A DNA stretch of 64,000 nt from Rubripirellula sp. (GTDB lineage Bacteria > Planctomycetota > Planctomycetia > Pirellulales > Pirellulaceae), in the NCBI GenBank assembly GCA_965216875.1, contig OZ244207.1, forward strand, positions 2,048,001 through 2,112,000, read 5' to 3'. Positions 1 through 11,109 of this stretch are shown here, piece after piece. Every line of letters starts with the position of its first letter. Position 1 is the stretch's first letter. The notes beneath the pieces are model-generated. The model was not told where the DNA came from and made no database searches. It saw only the letters and a program-made list of their open reading frames with translations. Made by a program: the position numbers and the translations under genes.

Positions 1-869
1 AAAAAGAACCGTTCGTTTTGACGCGGCGGATGATGCAACAGCCATTCTGCCGCTCCCTTGACCAAGGGCGAATCATATTGGCCACAAACTTGCATCGCCA
101 ACAAACCCGCGGCCGTCATCGTGAACGACGGGTGGTGCGTTCCCGGCGTGTAACTGAAGCCGGACACTTTGTCTCGCGGAACACCGTTTCGATCCATCGG
201 CGACGCATAGGAATAACGTAAGTATTTCAGCGCCTTTTCGATCGCCTCGCCGGGAACATCAAGACCGTCATTTTTTGCCGAACGAAGCGCCATCAGTTGC
301 CAGACGGAAACGGACAGGTCCGCATCTTGGCTGGTGGGTGTGTATCGCCAACCCCCACGCAGTTTTTCTGATTTCCGGACTTGTTGCGCGGCAAGAATCA
401 ACTTGATTGACTTGTTGAGCGCCTTGTGAATTCGTTCGTTCTTTTCGGGCGTTGCGGCAGTTCCCAACATTTCGGTCAGCATCAACGTGGTGATGCCGTG
501 GCCGTACATGCGCGATGAATCCCGCCCGCCAAAGTACCCCGTGGTGTCTTGATGCCGCTCGGTGAGCACGAAGTCGATCGCGCGCTGCATCGCTCGGCCC
601 CGTTTCGTTGCGGGATCAGGTTGAATGCCAATCGAGGCCATCGCCATCACGGCAAGCGAGGACATTGCGACCTCATAGCCACGGTCGACGATTGCACCAT
701 CCTTACGTTGCGTCTCGATCAAGAAGTTGACGCCGCGCGAGACGGCACGATCAATGTCATCGGTCACGTAAAGTGAGGTCGGAGAATCGTCCGCGAAGCT
801 ACGATCGATGAGTGCCCCCGTCAAGAAACCCGAGGCGATCGACGAAAAGAGTTGTCGCCGGTGCATCAT
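1..869 (-). CDS. Prenyltransferase/squalene-oxidase repeat protein (terpene cyclase/mutase-like alpha-alpha barrel), truncated by window start
   Basis: Absent from the ORF track (no stop in window). Read manually from ATG at 869, which overlaps the TGA of the upstream gene (ATGA): MMHRRQLFSSIASGFLTGALIDRSFA...AVSRGVNFLIETQRKDG...MYGHGITTLMLTEMLG...GGWRYTP..DADLSVSVWQLMALRSAK. QW-like and GGWxY repeats; RRxxF Tat-like N-terminus. Confidence 0.85.
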   Translation of the reverse strand, partial: MMHRRQLFSSIASGFLTGALIDRSFADDSPTSLYVTDDIDRAVSRGVNFLIETQRKDGAIVDRGYEVAMSSLAVMAMASIGIQPDPATKRGRAMQRAIDFVLTERHQDTTGYFGGRDSSRMYGHGITTLMLTEMLGTAATPEKNERIHKALNKSIKLILAAQQVRKSEKLRGGWRYTPTSQDADLSVSVWQLMALRSAKNDGLDVPGEAIEKALKYLRYSYASPMDRNGVPRDKVSGFSYTPGTHHPSFTMTAAGLLAMQVCGQYDSPLVKGAAEWLLHHPPRQNERFF

Positions 870-3800
870 TTTGATTTCTCCGACGCACGTTTTGCTACCG
901 CACGAAAATAGGCTTCAATCTCGCGACGATACTGTGGTGGGACAGCATCTTTTCGACTTTCGGTCGCGTCCTCGGTTCGACGCTCACGGAGTTGGCCCCA
1001 CTCCAAGCCATCACGTGAGATTCCTCGCGTATCGACCTTGCCGCCGTCAGGCATGTCTCCCGAGCCGGAACGTTGGTTCGCCGACGCTGATTCCGACGAT
1101 TGTTCACTCGATTCGTTTTGTTGTCCCGGTTCCTGTTGGCCAAACTGCTGCTGGCGTTGACGCGCCGATTGCTGCGACTGCTGGTTGAGCGCATTGGAAA
1201 GCGTTTGCGAGGCCTGCGCGGCAGACTGCTGAGATGGGTTGGGCTGCCCGCTCTCCTGTTGAGACGACTGCTCGCCTTGCGCCGGATCGCCCTGCGGCTG
1301 GTTCCCTTCCTGCGAGTCTTGCCCCGTTTGGTTCTGTTGGCCGGACTCGCTTTGTTGGTCTGATTGTCCTGATGGTTGCTGCGACAATGCGCGGTCGAGT
1401 TCGTCAAGCGTTTGAGCTTTCTGCTGCCCCTCGGCGACTTCGCTTGGTGATGCTTGCGATTGGGCCGTTTGCTGTGCCATCTGTTCGGCGGCGTCCTGCA
1501 TTTGGCCGGCAACCAATTGGGCGAGTTGCTGGGCCGCGTCCGCAATGCTCTGGTTGGCCTCTGCAACGTCTTGGCTTGCTTGTGGCGATTGCGCGGAATC
1601 CGAAGCGGCATTCTCGAGTGACTGTTGCGCTTCCTGTGTCGCCTTCATCGCAGACTCGGCGACCATCTCCGCAGCTTGGGCAAGTTGCGATGCGAGTTCT
1701 TCGCGTCCTAGGCGTTCTTCATGCCGCGCGGCACGCTCGAGCTGCTCCGCCGCCTCCGCAACATCTTCGCCGATACGTTGTTGGGTTTGGGCGAGCCGTT
1801 CGGTGTCTTGCTCGGACGCCTGAAGCTGATCCTGGAATCCGGCCTGCTGACGGACTTCGTCCAGATCCTGAGCCAGCTGATCAAGCGATTCGGCCGTTCG
1901 TTCTGCCATTCGCGAGGCAACCTCGGCAGCCGGGTGTTTGCCATTGGGATTTGGCAACGACTGCTTTTGAATTTGCTGCTTGCGTTGTTCCGATTGTTTG
2001 CTCTTGTCTCGAGCAAACTCGCGGGTCGATTGGGCAGCTTTGGCGGCTCGCTCTGCCTGCTGACTTCGCTGACGTTGATTTTCAACTTGCCGCTTCAGAT
2101 TTTCGTCGTTCTTATTGCGATCTTCTGCGAGTAAGTTCTCGGCACGCTTGAGCGCGTTGTCGGCGTCGCGTTTTTCTCTTTCGGCGCGGCGCAGTCGGTT
2201 GATTGCATCTCGTTCGATGGCGGCCCAATCACGCTTGTTCGTGTCTTCGGCACGAACCATCTGATCGCGAGCGTTGCGTTCGACCTGCTTGCTTTGATCA
2301 CGAGCGCGATTGCGTGCGGCGTCGTTACGGTGAACTTCGTCGTCAGCCGAGTTGTTGCTTAGCTGCTGCACTTTGCGCATTGCATCGGCGGCCTTTTCTA
2401 CCGCTTCGGACATTTCCTGCGATGCCTGCTGCATCTGCGACAACAGCGAATTCTCGGGATCAATTTGGTTGGCAGCTTGCGTTGCCTCGCTCAGGTCCTT
2501 GCGGGCACTATCCAAAAAGGCACTCGCTTCCGGATGATGGGGCGACGCAAGGTTGCGTTCGATGCCCTTCATCATCGCCTGATCGAGGGCGTTCGATTTC
2601 TTGGCGAGGTTGCGCAGCTGCTGACCGACCAAGCGTTTTTGTTCCTGGAATTTTGGGTCAGAACGCTCCAAGCTTTGATTGAGCGAGTTTTCATCGGTCG
2701 CAGCCTGTTCGAGCGTGCGCTGCGCGGCTTCTGCGGCCCGTTGGGCGATATCCGAGAGCTCCTGTTGCATCGGCTGGTTGGATTGCAGTTCACGCTCGAG
2801 CTCGGCCAGTGCGTCCTGAGCATCCTGTTGCGCTTGATCAGCCAAGTCGGTGGCGTCGTCGTTACGCTGCATCAGGTCATCGATGTTGGGAATGTCCTCT
2901 TGGTCGCGCATCGCTTGACGCGATTCACTCAGGTCTTCGCCCTGTTCCGCTTTCTCGAAATGGTCGGCCGTTTCGCGAAGGGTGTCAGCAAGGTCTTGGA
3001 GCGATTCGCTCGCTTGATCTAAATGTTCATCGCGTTGAGCCTTATCTTCGGTTGCCGCAGCGTCGCTCATCTTCTCTTCTGCCTGCTCAACCGCCTCCTG
3101 AATGCGGCTGGCAGCGATGTCGGCATCAAGAGAAAGTTCTCGTTGCTCGCGGTCAGTGATATCCGCTGTATTGGCCAGATCAACAAGTGATTCGATTGTG
3201 TCGAGGGCCGCTTCCTGAGCTTCGGATTGTTGCTGCTCAAGTGATTGAACCGTCTCGTCCTTGGCATCGGGTCGTTCATCGACCTCTTGCTTGGCTTCCT
3301 CCGCTTTTTCAGCTGCTTTGCGTGCTTGCTCAGGCAAGGAAAGCACGTAGGAACGAATCACTTCGCGAGCTTCTTCGACCTTGGGCTCGAAGACTGCCAG
3401 ACGCGTGGCGAATTCGGATTCAAGTGCTGTGAGTGGGCCGTCTGCGGTTAGGAACGCCTTGTCGCTCCAACGTCGTTGGCCGATGCGTTTGATCGCGTCG
3501 TTGTAATCTTGGCTGTAGCGAACTCGATCGAGCGGACCAACGTCCTCCCAGGGCAGATTCAGGTTTTTGAGATAACGCAGTGGCCAGTCCATTTCCGTTT
3601 GCCAACGTTCAAGCCACCAAGCGTGGGCGATTTTCGATGTCGCAGCTCCTTCCAACCGGCGTTCCAAAGCCAATAGCGCTTGCACCTCTTTCAAGAGTCG
3701 TTCGGCTTGATGATCAGCCTCGATCATCTGGATGGCGTTTGCAATCTTTTGAAAGACTTGCGCTGGAGGCTCGTCTTTGTATGGCGTGTAACCTTCGCTT

Positions 3801-6511
3801 GTCACGTTCTCGAGTGCCCGATGAACGAGGTTCAGGTCGGAGGCGAATTGCAAATCCACCACAGGGCGACGACGGTGCAGTGTCTCGTGCTCTTCGATTC
3901 GAGCCAGCAACAGGGTGACCGCCCGTTGCCAGTCATCACTGGCAAGCTTGTGGTCACGATGAGCGTTTGCCGCGTCCTTTGCGTCATCTTCGCGCTCGGC
4001 ACTTGCCGCCGCACGATTGACGGCATCACCGATCGCGGGCAATCGTCGAATCTGATCCGCCTCGGGGCCGATGTGGTTCATCACCTCGCGAGTCATGTTC
4101 TTCAACTGTTGACCGATCTGATTGTCGACCAACGAGTGGTTGACTTGGTTTTTTAGGTCGCCGTGGAACTGCTTGAGTGACCCCGGAAGCTCACCCGAGC
4201 GAAACTCATCGACCATGTCAGACATGCGAGTGGTCCAGGTGTTTGACCATCGTTGCCATGACCCGAAGTGTCGGCGGCTCGATTCTGGAAGCGAGCTCTC
4301 GTGGTCAAACATCATTTGAGTGATCGCTTCCAAGCGTCCCATCGCAACCACCACGTAACGCGGTAGCCGCGATTCCGGGATCTTGGCGTCGTCAGCTACC
4401 AGCGGCTCGATGCTCTCGGAAAGCGAGATGCCATCCCCGACAACGCCAACGGTGAATTCCAATCCGAATGCCGAACGAACGAGGGAATCGATTCGATTGG
4501 CCTGGTTTTCGGCATCACGTGCGACCGCGGCTAGATCTCGGCGAACCTTGTCACGGGTTTTCTTCCAGTCCGCGTCATCGAGTTCGCGCATCTTGCTCCA
4601 GCGAGCAAAAAAGCGGCTCAGGTCTTGATCGAGTTTTCCGATCGCGCGCCCGGTCAGCTCCAGGGTCGATGATTGCTGAATGGTTGGACTCGAATCGAGC
4701 AGATCGCCAACTTCTTCGAGCAACTGCGGGCTCGTCTTGCAAATCTCTTCCGCACGCTTGCTGAACGCTTCAAAGTCGAGGCTCGCGCCCTTTTTACTGA
4801 TCGTCGTCAATTCTTTCGACAAGTCCTTGGCCCCGAGTGCCCACGAGCTGACGTTTGCCGTGAAGTCACTCATATGCAGCAGACGTTGATGGCGATCTGC
4901 ATCAAATCCTTCGGATGTGATCAAGAATTCGATCCAACGAGACTCCCCGCGATTGCCCCGTCGATCTACACCAACGGCTCGCGTGCGTAGGATGTCACCC
5001 GGCTTCAACTTTTCGAGGGTCTTGGTCCCGTCTAATCGATTCACGAGGTCCCAATCCCACTCGGCTTGCAATTCTCGTTTGCCCCCTTCCACCTCGATTT
5101 CTCGCTGCAGCATCGCATTACTGTTGACCACAAACTCCTGGACGATCATGTCCATCGGAAGGTCATCGCTTGCGGTAGCGGCCAAAGAGACCACATCAAG
5201 TGGCGAAACGATGGTGGAATTCGGTTGGTCAACAAATTCGACAACCGGTGGTGCGTCAATGACAGGGTCGATTGCATATTGTGGACTGAAGGGATTGCTT
5301 AGCCCTGAGCGTTTGCTTTGCGCGTCGACTTGGTACTGTCCCGGCGTCTTGATGGTGATGGAAGTGACGAAGCTCGTTTCGCTCCCTTCGATTGGCTGCA
5401 TCGGTACTTCAACACCGTGATTGGCGTACCTCAACACAGCGTTTTCGACCGGTTGATCGAAGCTGACCGTCACGTCGGCGATCGTTCCCACGAGCGCTTT
5501 TAAATCGCCATGCTCGGCCTCTTCCACTCGCTCGGGCAGCTTCGTGTAGGCGGGCAGACGGTAGGTTTTGGTGAAACCTGCCGCGCGCGGTCGCGGCAGT
5601 GGCGTTAGAGTTTCCCAAAGACTGATCGCATCGCCGGCACGAACCTGGTAGTGAATCGGTACCGATCCGATCGAAACGTTTGCGGCGAAATGATGCTGGT
5701 AATCCAGTGTGTTGCCGCGTTGTTCATTGTCTGAGCCACTTGGCGCGACTCGCGGGGTCATTTCGGTTTCCCCGATGCTGCCGTCTTCGGTGCGCCACAG
5801 TAGCATCACCGATTCGGCCGGCGCTCCGCCAAGTTCGACGATGATCGCAACGGCGTCCCCTTCGGCGACGTAACCGGTCGCTGGATTCGGAGCGATGATC
5901 CGCAACTCGGTCAGCGAAGCCCGCTGGATGGCGATGCCGGGCAACATGGCACGTGCCACCCGCCTTCCAAATTGGATGTTTGGCATCAGCGACAAACAGG
6001 CGCACACGATCAAGACCGTGACGCTCAAGATCAACGGCCGTTGGACAAGACCAAACGGTAGAACGCGACCGATGTCAATCACGGCGATGCGATTGCCAAC
6101 GCGTCGCTGCAGTCGTTGGCGGAAACCTTCGGACCCGTTTTCAAGTTCGGGATCGCCAAGTTCAATGGCCGACAAGAGATCTTGTCGCAATCGTGGTTCG
6201 GCCGCTTCAAGTTGTCGAGCGAGCGTTTGCGCGCTGACTGAACTTAGCCGACCGAGTCCCTGCCACCACATCACGGCGAAAACCGATGCATAGCCAATGC
6301 AGCTGAGGGTCCAGCGTACAGAGTCGCTTAGGAAGAGAAAGTAATCGCAAGCAACAACGATCACCAACATCACAAAGGTGGCGACCAAACCAGCGGCGAA
6401 TGCTCGCAGAACGAGCAAGCTACGGCGTCGACGTGCAAATTGCGTCAACGCCTTGGCGGTCGCCGGTTCGACGTTCAAACCGTACGTTGGATCAGGGACT
6501 ATCGTTGACAT
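866..6511 (-). CDS. Giant membrane-anchored coiled-coil protein (DUF4175-like), 1881 aa
   Basis: Three N-terminal TM segments, LxxxLLSAIE motif, Ig-like region with (A)SDDLP motif, long Q/E/A-rich helical region, Q/S-rich tail, C-terminal WGQL...VPPQYRREIEAYF motif typical of the family. Confidence 0.85.
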   Translation of the reverse strand: MSTIVPDPTYGLNVEPATAKALTQFARRRRSLLVLRAFAAGLVATFVMLVIVVACDYFLFLSDSVRWTLSCIGYASVFAVMWWQGLGRLSSVSAQTLARQLEAAEPRLRQDLLSAIELGDPELENGSEGFRQRLQRRVGNRIAVIDIGRVLPFGLVQRPLILSVTVLIVCACLSLMPNIQFGRRVARAMLPGIAIQRASLTELRIIAPNPATGYVAEGDAVAIIVELGGAPAESVMLLWRTEDGSIGETEMTPRVAPSGSDNEQRGNTLDYQHHFAANVSIGSVPIHYQVRAGDAISLWETLTPLPRPRAAGFTKTYRLPAYTKLPERVEEAEHGDLKALVGTIADVTVSFDQPVENAVLRYANHGVEVPMQPIEGSETSFVTSITIKTPGQYQVDAQSKRSGLSNPFSPQYAIDPVIDAPPVVEFVDQPNSTIVSPLDVVSLAATASDDLPMDMIVQEFVVNSNAMLQREIEVEGGKRELQAEWDWDLVNRLDGTKTLEKLKPGDILRTRAVGVDRRGNRGESRWIEFLITSEGFDADRHQRLLHMSDFTANVSSWALGAKDLSKELTTISKKGASLDFEAFSKRAEEICKTSPQLLEEVGDLLDSSPTIQQSSTLELTGRAIGKLDQDLSRFFARWSKMRELDDADWKKTRDKVRRDLAAVARDAENQANRIDSLVRSAFGLEFTVGVVGDGISLSESIEPLVADDAKIPESRLPRYVVVAMGRLEAITQMMFDHESSLPESSRRHFGSWQRWSNTWTTRMSDMVDEFRSGELPGSLKQFHGDLKNQVNHSLVDNQIGQQLKNMTREVMNHIGPEADQIRRLPAIGDAVNRAAASAEREDDAKDAANAHRDHKLASDDWQRAVTLLLARIEEHETLHRRRPVVDLQFASDLNLVHRALENVTSEGYTPYKDEPPAQVFQKIANAIQMIEADHQAERLLKEVQALLALERRLEGAATSKIAHAWWLERWQTEMDWPLRYLKNLNLPWEDVGPLDRVRYSQDYNDAIKRIGQRRWSDKAFLTADGPLTALESEFATRLAVFEPKVEEAREVIRSYVLSLPEQARKAAEKAEEAKQEVDERPDAKDETVQSLEQQQSEAQEAALDTIESLVDLANTADITDREQRELSLDADIAASRIQEAVEQAEEKMSDAAATEDKAQRDEHLDQASESLQDLADTLRETADHFEKAEQGEDLSESRQAMRDQEDIPNIDDLMQRNDDATDLADQAQQDAQDALAELERELQSNQPMQQELSDIAQRAAEAAQRTLEQAATDENSLNQSLERSDPKFQEQKRLVGQQLRNLAKKSNALDQAMMKGIERNLASPHHPEASAFLDSARKDLSEATQAANQIDPENSLLSQMQQASQEMSEAVEKAADAMRKVQQLSNNSADDEVHRNDAARNRARDQSKQVERNARDQMVRAEDTNKRDWAAIERDAINRLRRAEREKRDADNALKRAENLLAEDRNKNDENLKRQVENQRQRSQQAERAAKAAQSTREFARDKSKQSEQRKQQIQKQSLPNPNGKHPAAEVASRMAERTAESLDQLAQDLDEVRQQAGFQDQLQASEQDTERLAQTQQRIGEDVAEAAEQLERAARHEERLGREELASQLAQAAEMVAESAMKATQEAQQSLENAASDSAQSPQASQDVAEANQSIADAAQQLAQLVAGQMQDAAEQMAQQTAQSQASPSEVAEGQQKAQTLDELDRALSQQPSGQSDQQSESGQQNQTGQDSQEGNQPQGDPAQGEQSSQQESGQPNPSQQSAAQASQTLSNALNQQSQQSARQRQQQFGQQEPGQQNESSEQSSESASANQRSGSGDMPDGGKVDTRGISRDGLEWGQLRERRTEDATESRKDAVPPQYRREIEAYFRAVAKRASEKSK

Positions 6512-6514
6512 CGT

Positions 6515-8848
6515 TTACACCAACCCTGCGCGTTTGCGAAGCCACCATTCGATTCCAAGCAACAGAATCACTGCGCCGAACCAATAGTATGATTGCCACA
6601 AATGTATGTCTGCTTCCTCAAGTCGACCCCTCGAGAGTGGCTTGATTGCCTCGAGGATCTTTTCGGAGGAAGATTCGTGAACGTAGATGCCTGCCCCTGC
6701 TTCGGTGAGCTGAAGCAATGCGTCTTGATCGAGACTAATCCGTTGCCGTTCAAGGTTCTCGGCCTGCCCAACCCAAATCGGCGTGCTTGCTTGTAGCGCC
6801 GCGGCATCAAACCCACTTGCCCGCACGCGGACTTCGTAAGAACCGGCTCCAAGTGGCGGCGTCTGCCCCTGGTAGGTTCCGCGAGCAGGGTCGTGCAAAT
6901 TGAGAGGGACGGTGGCAACGATTTTGTCATCGGCGATCAGCAACGCATCGACCGTGGCATCGCCAACGGGTTTGCCAGACGTGTCTTGCAGCCGCACTCG
7001 AACGGTCGACGCTTCGCCCGCGTCGTATTCGATCTTGTCGGTTCCGAGTGCAACGTAATTGTCGCTCGCGGCGTAGGGGGGCTGCATCACCGCAGCGACC
7101 AATTGGTTCCAGAATCTCGCATGGAAGCGGTCAGCGACTTTGTATCGCCACCGCCACGTTTGGTCGCTTGAAAGATAAAACACGCGTCCTGCACCGTAGA
7201 GTCGCGTTGCCAGCCAAGGTGACTGGCGGCCGTCGACGCCAACCGAATTGGCCCAGACTTCGGTACCTTCTTGGGGTTGAACGCGGCTGGCCGTTTGAGG
7301 GTTGGGCAATTCCTTCCAGAACTCTGCAAGCTCGTCTTGGTCGCCCCACAGATTCATGACCGGATGGTCGAGGCCCATCGCGGTTGGGCGAACGGTTTGA
7401 ACTTCGATTGCTGCCTCGCCTTGTTCGTAGCGAACCGGCACGAGATCGGCCAGGAAACCGCGGGCGAGTTCGCGAATTCGATCGTAGCGTCCGTCGACCA
7501 CGATAAGACCGCCACCGCGCGTCACAAACTCGCGGATCAAGAATGCATCCTGTTCTGTTATTTGATCGGGAGGCACTTCGCCAAGGATGATCGCATCGTA
7601 CACAGCCATCGCGTCACGCGAATCGGGGAACTCTCCGCGCTTGTCGCCACGATCCAGTGTTGGCATGTCGGTACCGAGTCCGAACAAAACCGTGTCGACC
7701 TGCCAGGCTGGGTCTCGCCCGAAGAGGTTGCGCAGATAGCGGGTTTCCCAGCGACTGGATCCATCCAAGATCAAGAGCCGCCGGTCGCGTGTCGATGCCG
7801 CGACGCGAAATGCCATTTGGTTGTTTTCTTGGGTCGAATCACCGACAAGCGGTTCGACAACGGCTTTCAAGTCCATCACGACACTGCTGCGTCTTACGCC
7901 ACGCGGAATGTCGCCCTCCATTTGCTGAACGATCGGTTCGACGTCGAGCTCGAAGGGGATCTCGCGCTGAGCGGCTGCGGTGACCGGAATGGTCTTTTCC
8001 CAAAAGGTCTTGCCGCCCGCTTCAATGCGAACTTTCATCTGGTCGCCAACGAGCCCCTGTTGCTTCATGACCAAGGTGCCGGACAAACGTCCGTCAGAAG
8101 CAACATTCTCGGGGCGGGAAATGCTGACAACGCCGACGTCGTCTGGTTCGTCGCTTGAGCCAACGCCGATCGCATGCACTTGAACGCCAGCCGCTTTAAG
8201 CTGCTCTGCGACCAGCATGGCCGAGTTGCCAGAGTTGTCGCGGCCATCGGTCATCAAGACGATCGCCGCGCGGCTTCCTTGGTCGTCCGCAGGATCACCG
8301 AGTTCAACGCTTTCGGTCGATCCGAGCATCGTTTTCAATGCCGCCGCGAGTTCGGTCACTTGGCCATCAGCGACCACTTCCAAAGAATTCGGCGTTTCGG
8401 ATTCGTCGGTCGAGGACCAAACCGTACTGGGCGAGCCTTGGGAAAAGGCGATCACATCGACCAAGTGCGTTTGGCGGAGCGACTCGAGCCAGCCGACGCT
8501 CTGGCCATCACCGGTTAGCTTGCTTGCGGCTCGTTCAATACGAAGGGGACGTGTTTCAGCATCACTGCTGTCGGTCACTCCCATGCTTTGCGATGCGTCG
8601 AGTGCAAAAACGACTCTACCGAGCGTCCCGACAACGCGCGTGCGATGGATTACCGGACCGGCCAGCAAAAGAATCGCGAGCGCTACCGCGGACGCACGCA
8701 GGGCGGGCAACAGATAGCTGTACGGTAGGTCGAGGCCCCTGGTTTCTTTGGCGTAGACCCACAAAACAAACAACGCGCCCAGCAAGGCAGCCAATGCCAC
8801 CAGAATGGGCGGGAAATCTCCGGCAAAACGCAATGAACTTGTCGTCAC
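6515..8848 (-). CDS. vWA domain + GATase1-like (DUF1355-type) membrane protein
   Basis: MIDAS DASQSM and LMTDGRDN; RWETRYLRN, GGGLIVVDG, YGAGRV and TWRWR motifs; C-terminal EWWLRKRAGLV. Confidence 0.85.
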   Translation of the reverse strand: MTTSSLRFAGDFPPILVALAALLGALFVLWVYAKETRGLDLPYSYLLPALRASAVALAILLLAGPVIHRTRVVGTLGRVVFALDASQSMGVTDSSDAETRPLRIERAASKLTGDGQSVGWLESLRQTHLVDVIAFSQGSPSTVWSSTDESETPNSLEVVADGQVTELAAALKTMLGSTESVELGDPADDQGSRAAIVLMTDGRDNSGNSAMLVAEQLKAAGVQVHAIGVGSSDEPDDVGVVSISRPENVASDGRLSGTLVMKQQGLVGDQMKVRIEAGGKTFWEKTIPVTAAAQREIPFELDVEPIVQQMEGDIPRGVRRSSVVMDLKAVVEPLVGDSTQENNQMAFRVAASTRDRRLLILDGSSRWETRYLRNLFGRDPAWQVDTVLFGLGTDMPTLDRGDKRGEFPDSRDAMAVYDAIILGEVPPDQITEQDAFLIREFVTRGGGLIVVDGRYDRIRELARGFLADLVPVRYEQGEAAIEVQTVRPTAMGLDHPVMNLWGDQDELAEFWKELPNPQTASRVQPQEGTEVWANSVGVDGRQSPWLATRLYGAGRVFYLSSDQTWRWRYKVADRFHARFWNQLVAAVMQPPYAASDNYVALGTDKIEYDAGEASTVRVRLQDTSGKPVGDATVDALLIADDKIVATVPLNLHDPARGTYQGQTPPLGAGSYEVRVRASGFDAAALQASTPIWVGQAENLERQRISLDQDALLQLTEAGAGIYVHESSSEKILEAIKPLSRGRLEEADIHLWQSYYWFGAVILLLGIEWWLRKRAGLV

Positions 8849-11109
8849 GCTTCACCTCGCTTTGCTCGGCGAACAGCATGTTGTTGCAAGAACAACTCTC
8901 CAATCATTCCGACTAACAATCCCAGTAGCAGCCACCGCCAGATCTCACGCCCAAAACGTTGCTCGCGGTCATCGGACATCCACGATGCGACGTCACTGTG
9001 AATGTTTGCACCAACGGCTTTGGCTGCCGCCGCCAATTGTCCCGATTCGGCATCGCGAAGCTGCGATTCCGACTTAGGAATCTCGACCACGCGGATCGTT
9101 TCGTCAGCGTCGGCTTCAAGTTGTCCATTTTCGATGGTTCGACGGAAGCGATAGACACCGGGAACTTTGCCACTGGCAACGACGAGCTCGTTGGGTGAGC
9201 CTGCATCGGGCTCGATCACGGTCTCGGAGCCACCCGGCTCGGTGAGCGTGTAGGTGAAAGTCTTCTCTGCTTGATTTGCCTTGTTGTCTGGATCCTCGTC
9301 GGTATCCGGCTCGCCAAATTCGTGCAGCCCAACCGCCAATCGCTGCCCCACGTCATAGGTCGTTTGCGAACGGTTTCCACCCAAGTCGAGCACCAATTGT
9401 TGAATCATTGGCAAATAGACGATCCTCATCGGGAACGTCGACCAAGCGGCATCGCAGGGCAGGCCAAACTGTACGACCTGGCCCCTACCGCGACGCGCGG
9501 CGACGACAAGTGGATCGCCACCGACCATCGACAGCAGCGTGACCGATGGCGGCAAAGCTTCGCCATCTTCAACAGCGTCGTCGGCCACCGTCAGTTTTCG
9601 GTAACGGTAGACCTCGACTTCCGACAACGGTTGCTGATCCTTTGATTCCAACAGAGCCCACGGCGTGAATTGCGGATTGACCGCGCCGATCGTGAAGGGT
9701 TTGTCGCGTGTCTCTTTGTCATCGCCGACCGTTTCAGCCAACGTCGCTGAAAGCATCAACTTGCCCGACTCGGATTCCCAGCCCTGATTGTAAGATTCGA
9801 CGTCGACCGAATCGCCGTCAAAGACAACGAGGGCGCCTCCCTGCAAGACAAAGTCGGAAATCCGTGATGCGTTGTCACCGGGTGATTTCATGTTGGCCAA
9901 AACAACGATGTCGGGACGCTTTTCATCAATCGCTTTTGCGAATTGACGCATGGTCACGACGCGTGTCGAAACGGCGTCTGGCAAATCTTCACCGCCAAAC
10001 GCAAAGGGGCTTAGCGCGATCGCTAGAAAGTCGGATTCCCCCTCGAGTGGCCGACTGCTCGGGCGTCCATCGGCAACGAGTACATGAATCTCGGACGCCA
10101 CATCGACACCAATGCTCCGCCGATTGTCACTGGAAAGGGCATCCGCAAACTCAACAGCCGCGGTCACCACATGGATGCCCGGTTCGGCGGTGGCGTGTGT
10201 CAAGCGATCAGTTGCTGTCGATCGCGGCGGAATCGACATGGTTCTTGCTGGCAGCGGCTTCCCGTCGACCGACCAGACGACTCGCACATCATGTGCAACG
10301 CGGTCACTCGCATTTCGGAAGCGAGCCGAGTAACGTGCCGGACGCCCCGCGATCACTGCAGGCGAATCCACCAGAATCGAATCGACCGAAACGTTGCTTA
10401 GCGAATCAGAGTCCACACCGTAGTTGAGGAAACTGACGACAGGACTCGGCTTGCTCTCGGCAAGAACGGTCTGCACCCGTTCAAGCGTTTCGAAACTTCG
10501 GTTGCACAAGTTCGCGCTTGCAAAATCGGAGACGATCAAGACTTTGCGATTGACGTGTGTGGCCTTGGCACTTGCTTCACCAGCAGCGCGAACAAACTGC
10601 CCCAAATCGAGCGGGCCACCATCGGTCTTGAGTTCGCGGATCTTTCGCAACGCATCTTGGGGTCCCATCGTTGCCGGGGGTGAGTCGATTTGACTTGCCG
10701 CGAGCAAAATCACTTCGTCGCGTCGCGACAGACGTTTCACGATGTTGGTCAAATCGGCTTTGGCCTGTTCGATTCGTGTCTGTCCAGTTTCATCGCGCGC
10801 CGACATGCTGCGACTGTCATCAATCGCAATCACGAGTGTCTGGGGCGCATCGCCAGGCAATGTCTTGAAACCGGTAAGAACCGGTCGCGCCAAACAAAAC
10901 GCCAACAGGATGGGAATCGCGCAGCGTAGCAACAGCAGCAGCAGGTTCATCAATTGCAACCGTCGCCGATTGATTCGAACGACACTGTCGAGCAGATACA
11001 TCGCCCCCCAATCGACCGTCGTGAACCGGCTGCGGAACAAGAGGTGAATGACCAACGGAACTGAAAATGCAATCGCACCAAAGGCGAGGATGCCGTTGAG
11101 CATCGTCAT
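8845..11109 (-). CDS. BatA N-terminal domain / vWA / CARDB-like protein
   Basis: PLVIHLL...W.AMYLL...LLLLLLRC...LARP BatA signature; MIDAS DDSRSM, IVSDF; C-terminal GREIWRWLL TM. Confidence 0.88.
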   Translation of the reverse strand: MTMLNGILAFGAIAFSVPLVIHLLFRSRFTTVDWGAMYLLDSVVRINRRRLQLMNLLLLLLRCAIPILLAFCLARPVLTGFKTLPGDAPQTLVIAIDDSRSMSARDETGQTRIEQAKADLTNIVKRLSRRDEVILLAASQIDSPPATMGPQDALRKIRELKTDGGPLDLGQFVRAAGEASAKATHVNRKVLIVSDFASANLCNRSFETLERVQTVLAESKPSPVVSFLNYGVDSDSLSNVSVDSILVDSPAVIAGRPARYSARFRNASDRVAHDVRVVWSVDGKPLPARTMSIPPRSTATDRLTHATAEPGIHVVTAAVEFADALSSDNRRSIGVDVASEIHVLVADGRPSSRPLEGESDFLAIALSPFAFGGEDLPDAVSTRVVTMRQFAKAIDEKRPDIVVLANMKSPGDNASRISDFVLQGGALVVFDGDSVDVESYNQGWESESGKLMLSATLAETVGDDKETRDKPFTIGAVNPQFTPWALLESKDQQPLSEVEVYRYRKLTVADDAVEDGEALPPSVTLLSMVGGDPLVVAARRGRGQVVQFGLPCDAAWSTFPMRIVYLPMIQQLVLDLGGNRSQTTYDVGQRLAVGLHEFGEPDTDEDPDNKANQAEKTFTYTLTEPGGSETVIEPDAGSPNELVVASGKVPGVYRFRRTIENGQLEADADETIRVVEIPKSESQLRDAESGQLAAAAKAVGANIHSDVASWMSDDREQRFGREIWRWLLLGLLVGMIGELFLQQHAVRRAKRGEA

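Noticed and set aside
18..1188. Short + strand ORFs at the window start
   Set aside because: The minus strand carries the recognisable prenyltransferase-repeat CDS and the end of the coiled-coil gene.
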